DNA from: Octopus sinensis
Lineage: Eukaryota
Assembly (NCBI RefSeq): GCF_006345805.1
Contig: NC_043004.1
Coordinates: forward strand, 39,370,001-39,434,000
Direction: 5' to 3'
DNA length: 64,000 bases
Shown here: positions 25,791-38,979 of the stretch, in pieces
Position numbering within the stretch: position 1 is the stretch's first letter
Layout: every line of letters begins with the position of its first letter
The notes under the pieces: model-generated
Databases searched by the model: none
Told to the model about the DNA's origin: nothing
Seen by the model: the letters and a program-made list of their open reading frames with translations, nothing else
Made by a program: the position numbers and the translations under genes

Positions 25791-26359
25791 CGGCGAAAAG
25801 TTGATGTTCGTATCACCTATTAGCTCTACACGAATTAAATTTTCTATATAATGAACGATGCATCCACATATTGACCCATCCCCTTATCTATTTTAGTTGA
25901 GCAAGTTATTTCATTCGTTTACTATATGAATAATGCTTTAGTCTACTTAATGATGGTTCATTATACTTATTGATGTGATATTTCACATAGTTTGTTCTAA
26001 GTACTTGTTCTGGTGCATCTTAGATGAATGCATCACTTCCAAACTTTAGGTCTGACTTTCACACTCATTCTCATGTCGCTTGTTTATCCGCACTCTTACT
26101 CATATCTCTGACAAACTATCCGTATTTTACGCAGCACACAACAATGAGCCTTTGTCTTCTTTTCTTATAACCATATAGTAATCCTTATCAATGTAGTCTG
26201 CAGTCTCTGTCACTGAGGCTTTTACATCAACCAACGACAATTCTGAACTATTAGCTACATACTGTCCCAGATTTTCTTTACTTCTTATACCTCTCACACA
26301 ATTTATCAAACTTCTTTCTTTATTTTTCCAGTCTCAGAATATCACTTTACGGGTGTAAT

Positions 26360-27090
26360 CCTTCATGAGTTGTCATCGCTTTCCTCATCTCTGTGTAGCC
26401 TCTGAAGTTTTATTTATATTGCATTTTACTATCCCTGTTTCACATACCTCATCACTGATACCGTCCATGTATTTATTGCTAATATCATATTTCGTACATT
26501 TAACTTTGTCTTTAAATCTAATTTTAACTTTCTTTGGTGTTATTTTCCAAATAGTTCCTTCCATTCAGTCTCTTTGGCACTACCGGCTTGTAGTATTCTC
26601 AAGTATTCCCTTCATTACCTCGCCAACACTATTCCATCTGCTTACACCATCCATCCTGTTTTTTTTTTCTTTCTATAAGTATACCACACTTCTTTATCTT
26701 GAATTCCATTCTTGTGTCATTTCTAAGTAAATTAACAGTTCCCGCTCTTCTCTAGCAACTTAAGACCATCCATAAACAAAAGTCGGTTGACTTTAAATTG
26801 TTTTTTCTTTCTTTTCATGTCTTTCGCAAAATCCCTGTTATCGGTAACATCCCCTATACAAGCAATAAGGGGATACACTATCACATGAAAATCGCTTTTC
26901 TTCAACTTCTCTCAGCAACTCTCCCGGCGTTGTCAATTTTCTCTTACATAGTGAATATTACTTCTGAGGAAATCTGTTATGTTACTACCAAAACAGATAA
27001 ACGGAACATTTTCCTTCATTCCAGTATCCAAGAATAACGAACAATTTCGTAAGCCTTTGTTATAGACTATCCATGCCATTGCTAATCTAA
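26360..27090 (-). mobile_element. Degenerate R4/Dong-type LINE RT core
   Basis: Minus strand VNRLLFMDGLKL (FMDD-like), MEFKIKKC, KTKLNVRNMILAINTWTVSVMRY. Confidence 0.75.
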
Positions 27091-27386
27091 TGTCTACCCT
27101 TATAAAATTTCAAAATAGCTTCAGTCAATCAGAAATTAATCTTTCTCATCTGCTGTTTTTTGTTACGTCTCGTCTGCTGTTTTTTGTTACGTCTCGTCTG
27201 CTGTTTTTGTTCGTCGAGTATTATTTGTTCGTCCTCAAGGAAGGCATACATACTTCCAAGTACTTCCCGGTTCGTAATTTCCAAATCAGTGAAAGACACA
27301 ATACTGGACGGAAATTATCAGCAAAAATTTCGTTTTACCTTGTTTCCCAAGCATAAAAGCGTTTTCCCGAATGCCATCCATAAAGA

Positions 27387-27695
27387 TGAAGGCGCGTAGC
27401 TTGGTGGCTAGGGCATTCAGCTCACGACCCTACGATCATCATTTCGATTCCAGGTAGCGCGTTGAGTTCTTGACCAAGACACTTTATTTCTCGTTGCTCC
27501 AGTCCACTCAGCGGGCAAAAATGAGTCATAACTGTAATTCAAAGGGTTATCTTTGCCACACTCTGAGTGATACTGAATTTTTCTGAGAAGTATGTTAAGG
27601 GTAGGCGTGTCAGTCACTTGCACGTTACTTTCACGATAGGTTGTTTCGTAGATCATATCAACCGGAACACTCGTCATCGTAAGAGATGGAGATCC
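27387..27695 (+). mobile_element. tRNA-derived SINE with CORE-like segment
   Basis: tgaaggcgcgtagcttggtgg head; gttcttgaccaagacactttatttc...gctccagtccactcagc as at 47453 and 34585; different 3' part. Confidence 0.7.
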
Positions 27696-27786
27696 TGGTC
27701 ATAAATGTATCGGATCTCCAATTAATATTCTTTCTTGTATACGTTGAATTTCTTTACTCAGAACCCTTCCACACCGTCAGTTTTCA

Positions 27787-28103
27787 GTTGTTGTTAGTTT
27801 TGTTTGTTCATTACCGAGCCATGTCTGGCTCATAAGGGCCGGTTTCCCGGTTTCTTGGCGTATAGGTTCCCTATCTGGAGGGGACGCCGGTCCGTCACAA
27901 GTGAGCTGCAAGATGCAGGAGGAAAGAGTGAGAGAAAGTTGTGGTGAAAGAGTCAGCAGAAGTTCGCCACTACCTCCTGCCGGAGCCGTGTGGAGCTTAG
28001 GTGTTTTCGCTCATAAACACACACATCGCCCGGTCTGAGATTCAAACCCGCGATCCCTCGACCGCGAGTCCGCTGCTCTAACCACTAGGCCATGTGCCTC
28101 CAC
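27787..28103 (-). mobile_element. tRNA-derived SINE, same family as 21522-21850
   Basis: Near-identical body and (CAA) tail; complete 5' end gtggaggcacatggcctagtgg. Confidence 0.9.
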
Positions 28104-28274
28104 ATGTTTTCTGTTGCGGATGTTAAGAAAAACTTCTTTATTAACTATCGTTATGTCATTGTAAATACCATTTCTAGTTGCAACCACTTGTTCCTACTTT
28201 AATTCTTATAGCCTCTGATTTTTACAATGTACTCTTTTCCAGTCCCCAAAACCAACTTAACTTTTCTTCCTTTC

Positions 28275-28332
<58 letters not shown>

Positions 28333-29808
28333 GGTGGTGGTGGTGGTGGTGGTGGTGGTGGTGGTGGTGGTGGTGGTGGTGGTAGTAGTAATGGTAGTAG
28401 TACACTTGAATGTTTTTTCTATAGGTTGCGAGGTGGTGAGCTCGACTGAATGACATTTTAGTTTCCATAACTTTATGAACCATAGCACCAGGCAACTACA
28501 GTGATCGATTAAACGATTTATATCTACCCCACATATTTTGTAGCCTTGTGTCTCTGTTGAAAGTATTTATTATTGTCATCTATATCTAGAGTACAATTCA
28601 TTCAGCTCTGTTTTTTTTGCTTGTTTATTTTTCCCAATTCGATACCAACTACGAGTCAATTACTAATATTAATTAAATGTCATGTGAAGTATTGCACTTG
28701 TGTTACTATTCGTTAATTTTATAATTATAAAAGTGGTAAATATTTCTTACCCCATTGTCAATTCGTCTGTGTCATAGCAGAGAGAACCTACTTTAATCAC
28801 ATCGACCATTCCTCCTTTAAGAATGTTACCATCGTCTGCACACTTACCTCCTGTCAATGTTCGACCTTAGCACTAACCATATTGCCATCACTGTTCAAGA
28901 AAGACCTTACAAAATTATGAGATCGGTCCATTTTCCTTTAACTAACTCTAAAAATACCCTAAACAGACAACTATTATCAATTAAATCTACCAAAATCCCT
29001 CTTGGAGAATATCTAACTTCCTATCGCAGATGCAAATCGTTAAGTTTTTTTCACCATCCTCGCTACCACCAATCTTTTCCTCTTATTCCCATTCTTTCTG
29101 TTCATCATCCTTGTCACCTATTAGCATTATCATCCTCATCAGCATGCGCCACTCAACTGATTCTCATCATCATCTTTATCCTCCTCATCATCATCATGAT
29201 CACTACTGCCATCATCAGCAATCTCTTCAAGTTTAAAGAAGCTAAGAAAATTACCATCCTTCGGGAATCCCAATTAATTCTGCTGGTCTTTCGCTTATTC
29301 TCTCTCACTTATAATTGATACTTTTTTCACTTTCTCTCATTTTCTCTCTCTTCCTCACTGGATATCTCTGTCTTCTTTTTATTCTATCTCTTTCATCTCT
29401 CTCTTTCTCTCTCTCTCTTAATCTCTCTCTCTCTCTCTTTCTCTCTCTCTTAATCTATCTCTCTCTCTTTCTCTCTAAGTTGTTCTCTTTCTCTTACATA
29501 CACTCTCTATCCTCAATTCCTCGCGTAACAATATCAACGATCCAGTGGTGCTTATTCTATGAAACCAGCAAATCAACAAAAAATAATGCCCTATCCTGTT
29601 AAAGAAGAAAGTCCCATTAAATAAAATAGTATGCAATGTACATATATCTGGCTAAAGAATAGAATGGGTATCTTATGGATATTTTTGATAGAAGAACGTT
29701 TATGGGTCACACTCATCAATGTTCAAAGACCTGCCAAAAGTTATGGTTACTATTTCATAATTCTTTTAATACACACACATATACACACGTACACACGGAC
29801 ATACGCAT

Positions 29809-29840
<32 letters not shown>

Positions 29841-29841
<1 letters not shown>

Positions 29842-30144
29842 CACGTGATCACGTGACCGACCAGACTATCAGATGTTGCTACACATCGCTGGTCACAATG
29901 CGCTTCACATTGTTTTAGCCTTCAAATGACGCCACCCCGCTGGCTAAGCGAGCAGGCCAACAGAAGAAAGAGTGAAAGTTGCGGCGAAAGAGTACAGCAA
30001 GGGTCACCACCAGCCCCTACCGGAGCCTCGTGGAGCTTTAGGTGTTTTCGCTCAATAAACACACACAACGCCTGGTCTGGAAATCGAAACCGCGATCCTC
30101 CGACCGTGAGTCCGCTGCCCTAACCACTGGGCCATTGCGCCTCC
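29841..30144 (-). mobile_element. tRNA-derived SINE with related head/core but alternative (TA)n-associated tail
   Basis: Head ggaggcgcaatggcccagtggttag; core cgaaaacacctaaagctccac as in the 21522 and 27787 copies; tail ends gtcacgtgatcacgtga(TA)n. Confidence 0.88.
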
Positions 30145-30337
30145 CATATATATATTATATATATATATATATATATAATATATATAGATATATAATATAT
30201 ATCGATATATATATAAGATATATATAGATATATATATATTATAGATATATCTATATATATATACACATCTATTAGCTATAATATATATATATATATATAT
30301 ATATAGAATATTATTATATATAGAATATATAAGATAG

Positions 30338-30379
<42 letters not shown>

Positions 30380-30380
30380 T

Positions 30381-30411
<31 letters not shown>

Positions 30412-30544
30412 TATATATATATATATATAATATATATATATATATATGCTTATATAAAATATATATATATAGTCTAATGATAGTATGATTGTACGTCGAT
30501 CTTCAAGTATCTTCCGCAACAAATTCTTAGTAAATCACTAGACA

Positions 30545-30660
30545 CTAAAACATTTCCTCTATTTGAAACCGCACTTCCACGGAAGCATATTTATTATCCC
30601 TCGGCAGGTACGCAATTTCCGGTCAGATGGGTCCCAGGAAATTTTCGATTTGGACCATTA
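30545..30660 (-). mobile_element. Second fragment of the ORF1-like element at 21960-23065
   Basis: atttcctctatttgaaaccgcacttccacggaagcatattt...cagatgggtcccagga...ttcgatttggaccat aligns with about 22490-22600. Confidence 0.8.
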
Positions 30661-30835
30661 AATATTATACTTAAATATTCACAAGAATAATGTTGGTATA
30701 TTTCATTTTCTGAAGTGTATTTTAAATTAGAACATTTTAAAGAGTACAACTCACTATATTCTATATATTAATACTATTTGAATGAGTAATTGCTCTTAAG
30801 TGCGAACGTACATATATATACATATATCTATAGAG

Positions 30836-30897
<62 letters not shown>

Positions 30898-30899
30898 AT

Positions 30900-31100
30900 A
30901 ATTTTAATCCAAACGGGAAACAAAAAAAACAACAACACGTGAACAATTACAGTATTATTATGAATAGGCGCTCAGGAAATATGGGAGCATGAAGGTATGA
31001 CGTTTCGAGCGGAGCTCTTCGTCGGAAACATAAAGAAGGAAAGAGAGAGAGAAAGAAAGAAAGAACGGCCCAAAGTGGGCAACAAGAGATGGAGAAAAAA
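30900..31100 (-). mobile_element. About 200-bp (TA)n-anchored element with HHR-like motif (U4C core)
   Basis: 30995-31029 minus strand: gttt CCGACGA A GAGC tcc GCTC GAAAC GTC atac; family also at 51780 and 59060. Confidence 0.65.
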
Positions 31101-31199
31101 AAAACGATGGTGTTTACGAAGTACACATGTGAAAGGCGGAAGTTTAGTTACGATAACAAGAGCAAAGTAGGTTTTTAAAGCCAAAAAGAGTGGAGACAG

Positions 31200-33840
31200 G
31201 GTGGTAAGCAACAGATGTGTGTGTATGTGTGAGTGTGTGCGTGTGCGTGTGTGTTATGTGTGTGTGAGGCGAGATAAAAAAACAAAAAATATATGTTATG
31301 GTAGTGTGTGCGTCTGTGGTGTAGGACGTTGTGAGGTAGGGCGACAGTAGTAGGCGCAGACACTGGTCCGTAGTAAGAAAATGAAGGAAGGAGGAAGGGA
31401 GGGAGGGAAGGGTTGGGGTGGGGGCGTATGTAACGTGCCAGTGTGTGTGGGTGAGTAGTAGTGTGTGTGTGTGTTGTCCAGTGTCGTGGTTGTATTAATG
31501 GCGAGTAGATTTGAAGTGTGTGTAAGAGTAATGTATATATTTAAGCAATGTGTGTGTGAGGGGTGTGTATGTATGTTGCGCGTGTGTGTAACAAAAAAGG
31601 GGGGTTATAAGGAAAAAGGACTCCAGCTGAGGGGAAGATGGAAGAGTGGTCCCGCGGAGACGGGCGTGGAGAACCCAAGGACAGGCGATGGCCCAGGAAC
31701 GAGCGGGAGGTCTCGTCGGGTCCAAGAGGCGAGGTGCATGCATGCGCGTATGCCTGCGCGAACCGGCGCAAGCGCGTGTGTGCGCCGCCTGCGAGTGTGT
31801 GGCGTAAGTTGTATGTGCGTGGATGTGTGAGTGTGTCTGTGTGTATGTCTGGGTGTCAGTGTGTCGTCGGCAATGTACTGTAATGTGAAGTATGTGTGTA
31901 TATATGTGTGTGCATAGATGTATGTCCGTGTGTGTGTGTATGTGTATGAGTGTGTATGTATGTACGTGTGTTTGTGTGGAAGTGTGTGTATGTGCATGTG
32001 TGTGCGCATACATGCAGGTGTGTGAGTGAGTGTGTGTGTGTGTATGTATGTGTGAGTGTGTATGTATGTGTGTGTAGGATGCATGTATGTGTATGGGTGT
32101 ATGTATGTGTGTGTATGTATGTATGTGTACGTGCGTGTCTGTGTGTGTATGCATGTATGCATGTAGGTGTGCGCGTGTGCATGCATGCATGCATGTGCGT
32201 ATGTGTGTGTGTGTGCATGTGTGTGGGTATATATGTATGTGCGTATATGTGTGTGTATGTGCGTACATGTGTGTGTGTATGCATGTGTGTGTATGTAGGT
32301 GTGTAGGCGTGGTATGTATGGTGTATGTATGTAAGTATGTATGGGTGTGTCCGTGTATGTGTGTGTATGTATGTGTGTGTATGTAGGCGTGTGGGCGTGT
32401 GTGTATAGGTGTATGTATGTATGTCTGGGTGTGTCCGTGCATGTTTGTGTGTGTGTGTGTATGCATGTGTATGTAGGTGTGTGTGTACGTGTGTAATGTA
32501 TGTGTGTATGCGTGTGTGTGCGTGTGTATGCGTGCGTGTGTGTATGTAGGTGCGTGTGTATGTGTGTGGGAGTGTAGGTGTGTGTGTGCGTGTGCGTGTT
32601 TATGTTGGTGTGTGCGTATGTGAGTGTGAGTGTATGGGTGTTTGTCATGCATGTGTGTGCGCGTGCAGGCGAGTGTGTGGTGTAAGTATGTGTGTGTGTA
32701 TGTTTGTGTGAGTTGTGTATGTGTGAATGTCTGTGTGTATGTATGTGCGTATAGGAGTATGTAGGTATGTGTGTGTGTATGTGTATGGGTGTATGTATGT
32801 ATGTGTGTGTGTGTGCATGTGTATAAGTATATGTGTGTGTGCGTATGTGTGTGTATGTGTATGTGTGTGTGTGTTTATGTATGTGTGTATGTATGTGTGT
32901 AGGCGTGTGTGTGTAGATGTATGTATGGGTGTGTGTCTGTGTGTGTTTCTGTGTGTGTGTAGGTAGGTGTGTGTGTCTGAGTGAGGGTATGGCTGTGTAG
33001 GTGTGTGTGTGGGTGTATGTGTACGTGTGCGTGTGTATGTGTGTGTGTGTATGCGTGTGAGTGTGAGTGTAGGGTTATGTCTGTGTGTGTGTATGTCTGA
33101 AGTAGTATGTGTGTGTATGTATGTATGTGTGTGTGTGTGCGGGTATGTGTGTGTGTGTGTATGTGTGTGTGTGAGTAGGTGTGCGTGTATGTATGTGGGT
33201 AGGGATGCATGCGAGTGTGTGGGTATGTATGCATACATACGCACGCGCACACCCGAAGCAAGCCCACACACACGAAGCGCGCTCAAGCACACAACACACA
33301 AGCAATACAACGCAAGCCCATGGGGCCGACCAAGTCCCCAGCGGGCGCCAAGGCGCGCGAGCGCAGAGGCCCTCGAACGACCCGCTACGCGGGACCCGAG
33401 GATCCATCAGCCAAAACCGGAAAGCAGAAAAGAGGGGGGGCTGCCTGGATGCAAAAAGGTGTATGTGTGTGTGTGCATTCAGTGTAAGGGTGTGCATGTG
33501 TGGGTATGTATGTATGTGTGTGCCTACATGTATGTGTGCATGTGTGTGTGTGTGAAGTATGTACGTGCGGTGTGTGTGTGTGAGTGTGTGTGTATGTATG
33601 TGCGTATGTATGTGTGTATGTATGTGTGTATGTATGTCTGTGTGTGTGTGTGTGTAAGTATATATGTGTGTGTGTAAGTATGTATGTGTGTGTGTATGTG
33701 CATGTTGGTTTGTATGTTAGTGTGTGCATGTATGTCTATAAGTGTGTGTGATTAAATGTGTGAATGTGTGTACGTAGATGTGTCTACGTATGTGTGTGTG
33801 TGAACAGGCGTGTGGGAGGTAGGTAGGTGTGTGTGTGTGG
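31200..33840. repeat. 2.6-kb imperfect (TG)/(TATG) low-complexity tract with GC-rich islands
   Basis: Highly interrupted TG repeat; source of the 385, 347 and 221-aa His/Thr ORFs. Confidence 0.85.
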
Positions 33841-34113
33841 GTGGTGTATCCGGGAAACAAAAACAAAAAAAAGAAGAAGAGGACCTCAAGAGGAGGGGGC
33901 TGTGTTAAGTCCGTGTGGGGTAGTAGTTTGTAGGATGAAGATGTAGCGTTGCTCCAAGTGGAGCCTGGAAAGTGGGCGACCATTGTGGGGGGCGAGACCA
34001 AACACTGAGATGTCATCTAGGGAATGGCCGGCCGAGCGGAAGTGGCGTGCGACGGGAGAAAAAGAGTGTAGGCGAACATATATATATATATATACATATA
34101 TATACATATACAC

Positions 34114-34149
<36 letters not shown>

Positions 34150-34197
34150 GTATATACATATATATACTCATACATATACATATATGTATACATGTAT

Positions 34198-34258
<61 letters not shown>

Positions 34259-34284
34259 TATATATATATATATATATACAATGC

Positions 34285-34560
34285 ATTTTCTTTTATTCTT
34301 TTATTTGTTTCAGTCATTTGACTGTGGCCATGCTGGAGTATGCCATTAGCCGAACAAATCGATCTAGGACTTATTCCTTGTAATCCTAGTACTTATTCTA
34401 TCGATCTCTTTTGCCAAACCCCAAAGTTATGGGGACGTAAATACATCAACATCGGTTGTGAAGCGATGGTAGGGAACAAACACAGGCACACAAACATATA
34501 CAAGCGCACCCCCACACACATATATATATATATGTACACTACATATATATATATATATAC
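34285..34560 (-). mobile_element. 3' half of a 5706-type SINE
   Basis: gtttcagtcatttgactgtggccatgctggag tail plus cctagtacttattctatcg body. Confidence 0.85.
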
Positions 34561-34584
34561 ATACAGAGTAAAAGCATATGTAAA

Positions 34585-34914
34585 GGGGTAAAGACCCCCT
34601 TCGGTCATGAATGACCATGGGATTGCACCTAGAAAGTTACCTTCCTAGACACAAGTCCGGGCAAGGTTGTTTACGGAAGACCAGCAGTCGCCCATGCATA
34701 CCGCCCTCCCCTCTCCACGCCACCAGTGTTAACCAAGGGAAAGACAAAGGTCGATACAGCTTGGCACCAGTGACGTCGCAAATCATTTCTACAGCTGAGT
34801 GAACTGGAGCAACGTGAAATAAAGTTCCTTGCTCAAAAACACAACACGCAGCCCGGTCCGGGATTCGAGCCCACAACCTCACGATCGTAAGCTCGACGCT
34901 CTAACCACTGAGCC
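34585..34914 (-). mobile_element. tRNA/CORE-like SINE (family of 47453-47798)
   Basis: Reverse complement of the 47453 copy, including head ggctcagtggttagag and the aagggggtct tail. Confidence 0.88.
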
Positions 34915-34944
34915 GTATGTGTGTGTATATATATATATATATAT

Positions 34945-35162
34945 GATAGGTCACCATGATAGATCGTTAACCGCTACACACATTTTTTCTCTCCTTGTTT
35001 TCTCCTTGTTTCTCTCCTTGTTTTTTCTGTGACCCTTTCTGTAAAAGAGCGTAGGCTCGAAACTTAAAAGACTTTTTCTTTTCCCGAGCCTTATACTAAT
35101 ACATCTGTTTGTTTTGTACACCACCTGTCTTCGTCTTTTGTTTTTTTTTCGTAAACTCTCCC
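34945..35162 (+). mobile_element. (TA)n-flanked element with degenerate HHR-like motif
   Basis: 35035-35070: cttt CTGTAAA A GAGC gtag GCTC GAAAC TTA aaag; stems I and II perfect, core damaged; homolog at 12670. Confidence 0.6.
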
Positions 35163-35224
<62 letters not shown>

Positions 35225-35328
35225 ATAAATGTGGGTATGTGAACAGGAAAGCGAAATGATTTAAAGAAGGAAAGAAGGAAAAAGTAAATACAAACAATTT
35301 ACAAACCAGGAGTGGTTATGCGTTATTG

Positions 35329-36483
35329 CCGCAAGTGGGAATTAGCGTGAGGTAATTGTTTCTCTTATCTTGTTTAGTAAAGTATTACTGAAGGAATTTC
35401 GTACATAGAAATAGGCATGGGAAAATAAATTTATGAAAATGCCAAGGAGTATATTGTTAAAAACATTCAGATAAATCAGTAAATGTCTATTATTGAGAAT
35501 TTATGGCTGTTCCTGATATAAACTTATACTTTGATCCAATCAATTAGTTAATGTATACTGTGACGTGACACTGACGCACGAACGTAGCGGAAAACGTACA
35601 GAAGGTTATAAACTTAATCATGTGTTCGTTCTCTACAAACACTTGATCGAAAACATTCAGAGTATTGATTGTTTGGACATGTTCAGTCAACCGTGTCAGC
35701 CTTTGAAAAATCATTTTTTAGATCCAGCCGACAGAGTTCTCGAAACTAAGTGGTACAAACCGAAGATAATTAACCTATCCAAAAATCTCTCTCAGTAGAA
35801 GAAATTAATATTTTGTCAAAAGGCCTTAAACTTTACCCCAACACTACAGCACCCTAATTTTGATGAAATACAGAACAACATTTCACAATGAAATACATGA
35901 TTTTACAAACTTTAACAGAGTATATGCACAAATAACTATTCACACACAAATTTCATTCTGCCACTTATCATGAGGAAGCTACACAGCTAACAGCGTAAAT
36001 TTTAGCCACTGGACTACATACAAACGACTCCTGTCAACTCTCCCACGAGACAGAATAAATTTGGAGTGCCTTGATTATAACTAAACATGTTCACTCAATC
36101 GTATCGGCCTTTTCTTGGGAGCGAAATATACTGCCAACTGACACTAATGCACGAACGTAGCGGGAAATATACAGAAGATTATAAACTTAATCATGTGTTC
36201 ATTCTCTGCAAACACTTGACAGAATACATCCAGAACATTGATTGGTTGGACATGTTCAGCTAACCGTGTCAGCCTTAACTCACGGCGTCAACCATTGTCA
36301 CTTGATACTAACACACGGTCGTAGCAGGGAACCTACAAAAATTTCTAAGACCAGTCATATATGTCCTCTACCAATTAAACCCTATTTAAAACATATACTA
36401 ATTTGAGCCATGGACTCTGTATATAAAATAGGGCAAGCTTCGGACACTAGTCATATAATTTATACGCATATATATATATAATA

Positions 36484-36525
<42 letters not shown>

Positions 36526-36584
36526 TATTTATATATGTACATATATATATATACATATATATATATATACATATATATATATAC

Positions 36585-36664
<80 letters not shown>

Positions 36665-37085
36665 ATATATATATATATATATAAGTTAGAATTAGAACCG
36701 CAAGTGGGAATTAGTGTGACGTAATTGTTTCTCTTATCTTGTTTAGTAAAGTATTATTGAAGGCATGGAAAGATAAGTTTTTGAAAATATCAAGGAGTAT
36801 AAAAACATTCAACTAAATCAGTAAATGTCTGTTACTGAGACTTTATGGTTGTTCCTGACATAAACTTACACATTGGTCCAGTCAATAAGCTAATGGTATG
36901 TTCTGTCAATGTTCTAGATGGTACTTGTCGAAGTCGTGGCATTGAAAAATATTTCAGATCTAAGATTTAAATAGTTTGCAGATTTATAATGGTTTCTAAA
37001 TACGAGCCATTCTCAATAATATTTTGCATTTTTGAATTTCTCGAGGCTCTAGATATCAGTAGCATGTTCGTTGACATTCCACATA
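35329..37085 (+). mobile_element. Penelope-like element remnant with duplicated blocks
   Basis: INLSKNLS.EEINILSKG.NFTP (about 35765-35840) and LDISSMFVDIPH (about 37049-37084); block A at 35329-35563 and 36698-36908, block B at 35566-35701 and 36139-36274. Confidence 0.65.
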
Positions 37086-37849
37086 TAATTGTATATACTT
37101 AATCTATTTCTCCCATTTTTTAAAATATTTCAACGGAGACATGTATGATTTAAAATTTCCTACTTAAATTAACCTTCCACAATACTTATGCAGTGTTTTG
37201 TGAAACGACTTCTGCTTTAAATTTAATTGTTTCTGTGTAGTATGGTTTCTGTTCTTGCATCAAGTGTCAGCCTCATTTCACTTTTGTTGCTGTTACAAGA
37301 CTTCTCATATTTGATATGCAACAGAAACACATCTGAAGTTTGTTTCTATTGAATCATTTTCTTTAACGAATGTTAATTTGGAGACGAGTATTATTAAAAC
37401 TACGAAGTTTTTATTGATCTTAGATTTAACATTTAAATTAATTTTTTTTTAATGTGAAAACCAGATGATATTGCTAAATCGAATTCTGAGAACTGTCTGG
37501 CGAGGCGTCAGGTAAATGTTTGAGCTTGTCTTTGAAACTGTTAGAGTATAATATTCCATTCCAATAAGGATACGACTTATCGATGATTTTGTTCTTTATT
37601 TTAAGACAATTTTATATTCTACTACGATGTTATTAATTTCATTTTGAAAAATTAGGTGATGATATGTGTGAAAAGTTCATTAGTTTTCCTAAAAGGTCTG
37701 TATTTGTCTGATTAAATTAAGGGTAAGAACTGAGGAATTTATGTTGCTAATGTTTGTAGTGATTGCCATTTATAGCCATCGATCCTTGTAATTCCTATAT
37801 ATATATATATAGATAGATAGATAGTATTCACCCTAAATTTACAGTACCT

Positions 37850-37899
<50 letters not shown>

Positions 37900-37902
<3 letters not shown>

Positions 37903-38290
37903 TCATTCCAATCTAGGTCCCGAGCCATTGAATCAATACGCCCCCTATCCAATTCAGGATCACAACTCATAAATGCATTGCAACACAATTTCTTTTCTTC
38001 ATCAAGCCCGTCCCTGTTAACATTGTCCCGAAGCAGATCAAAAAGGCAAAGGACCCCATAACTTTGAAACCGAATCTGGTCAAATTTCTCCGAGGAATAC
38101 CAGATAAGCCTCCTATACACGGATACAACTTACTCAACAAGAACTCCCTACTCGAATCGACCATGATACCACAAAACTTGACTTTAAAATGATTTAACTA
38201 AACATATCAGGTGGTGCTATTAAGTTACAAAATGGCCTGGAACAATCTTCGTTCGAAACATATCTAAGTTATCTAAGTTGTCTAAGTTAT
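37900..38290 (+). mobile_element. CR1-clade LINE 3' end
   Basis: ...LVKFLRGIPDKPPIHGYNLLNKNSLLES...*, 3' UTR with ATGGCC-tg-GAAC/GTTC-GAAAC and a (ctaagttRt)n tail. Confidence 0.8.
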
Positions 38291-38979
38291 GTTTAGGCCC
38301 GATTCCCGGCAAGCTTCCTGTCGGTGCCTCTAGAGTGGAAGCAATTTTATTGATAATGTCTGAAATTGCGTTTGATACCTCTAGCCGATAACTGATGAAG
38401 ATTTGGTGACCTATGTTTTCTGTACGCCTGCGTAATTAGTATATGTTCGTTTGTTTATTTACTACACTTTTTTTATTATAAATATAAGTCATATTTTCCA
38501 TTTATCTTTTTATTCAATACTGAACGTAACGGCAGACGAAATACAGCTTCGCATTTCGCCCGGCGTGCTAACGTTTCTGCCGGCTCGTCGCCTTAAAACG
38601 GTCGATCATATTGACAATAGTATTTGACTGTTACATTATTTTAGCAACTCCATGGAAGGATGTAAGGCAAAATAAACATCGGCAGATTTGAATCTTTACC
38701 GTATACTGCAATAAGTCAGACATTCCTCCGGCACCTAATTTCACAACAATATTCCCATATAAATAAACATGAGCAGCGCACAGATATAATTTATCAATGG
38801 GAAATGGATGCCATGGTGGTACTTAAGTGTATTCATCAAGCAAGCCTTTTACCACCATTACGTTCAGGACTATCCTCACCAAAAATACCAACGTCACAAC
38901 ACCACTACCACAACAACAACAGTAACTACTACTATTATTATTATTACTACTGATAGTAGTAATAGTACTATAGTGTAGG

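Noticed and set aside
27149-27216. 24-bp repeat x2.7 (and 14-15-bp repeat x3 at 55308-55354) as CRISPR-like arrays
   Set aside because: Head-to-tail with no spacers, eukaryotic context; simple slippage duplications.
31495-33729. Long His/Thr- and Val/Cys-rich ORFs (385, 347, 224, 221 aa)
   Set aside because: Read-through of (TG)/(CA) repeats, which lack stops in several frames; open on both strands, no domain or splice evidence.
38390-38420. CTGATGAAG as another hammerhead (also 23918-23970, 10295-10325 minus, 42358-42410, 58095-58135)
   Set aside because: Half-motifs or more than two core defects, with no convincing stem II or stem I; not counted.
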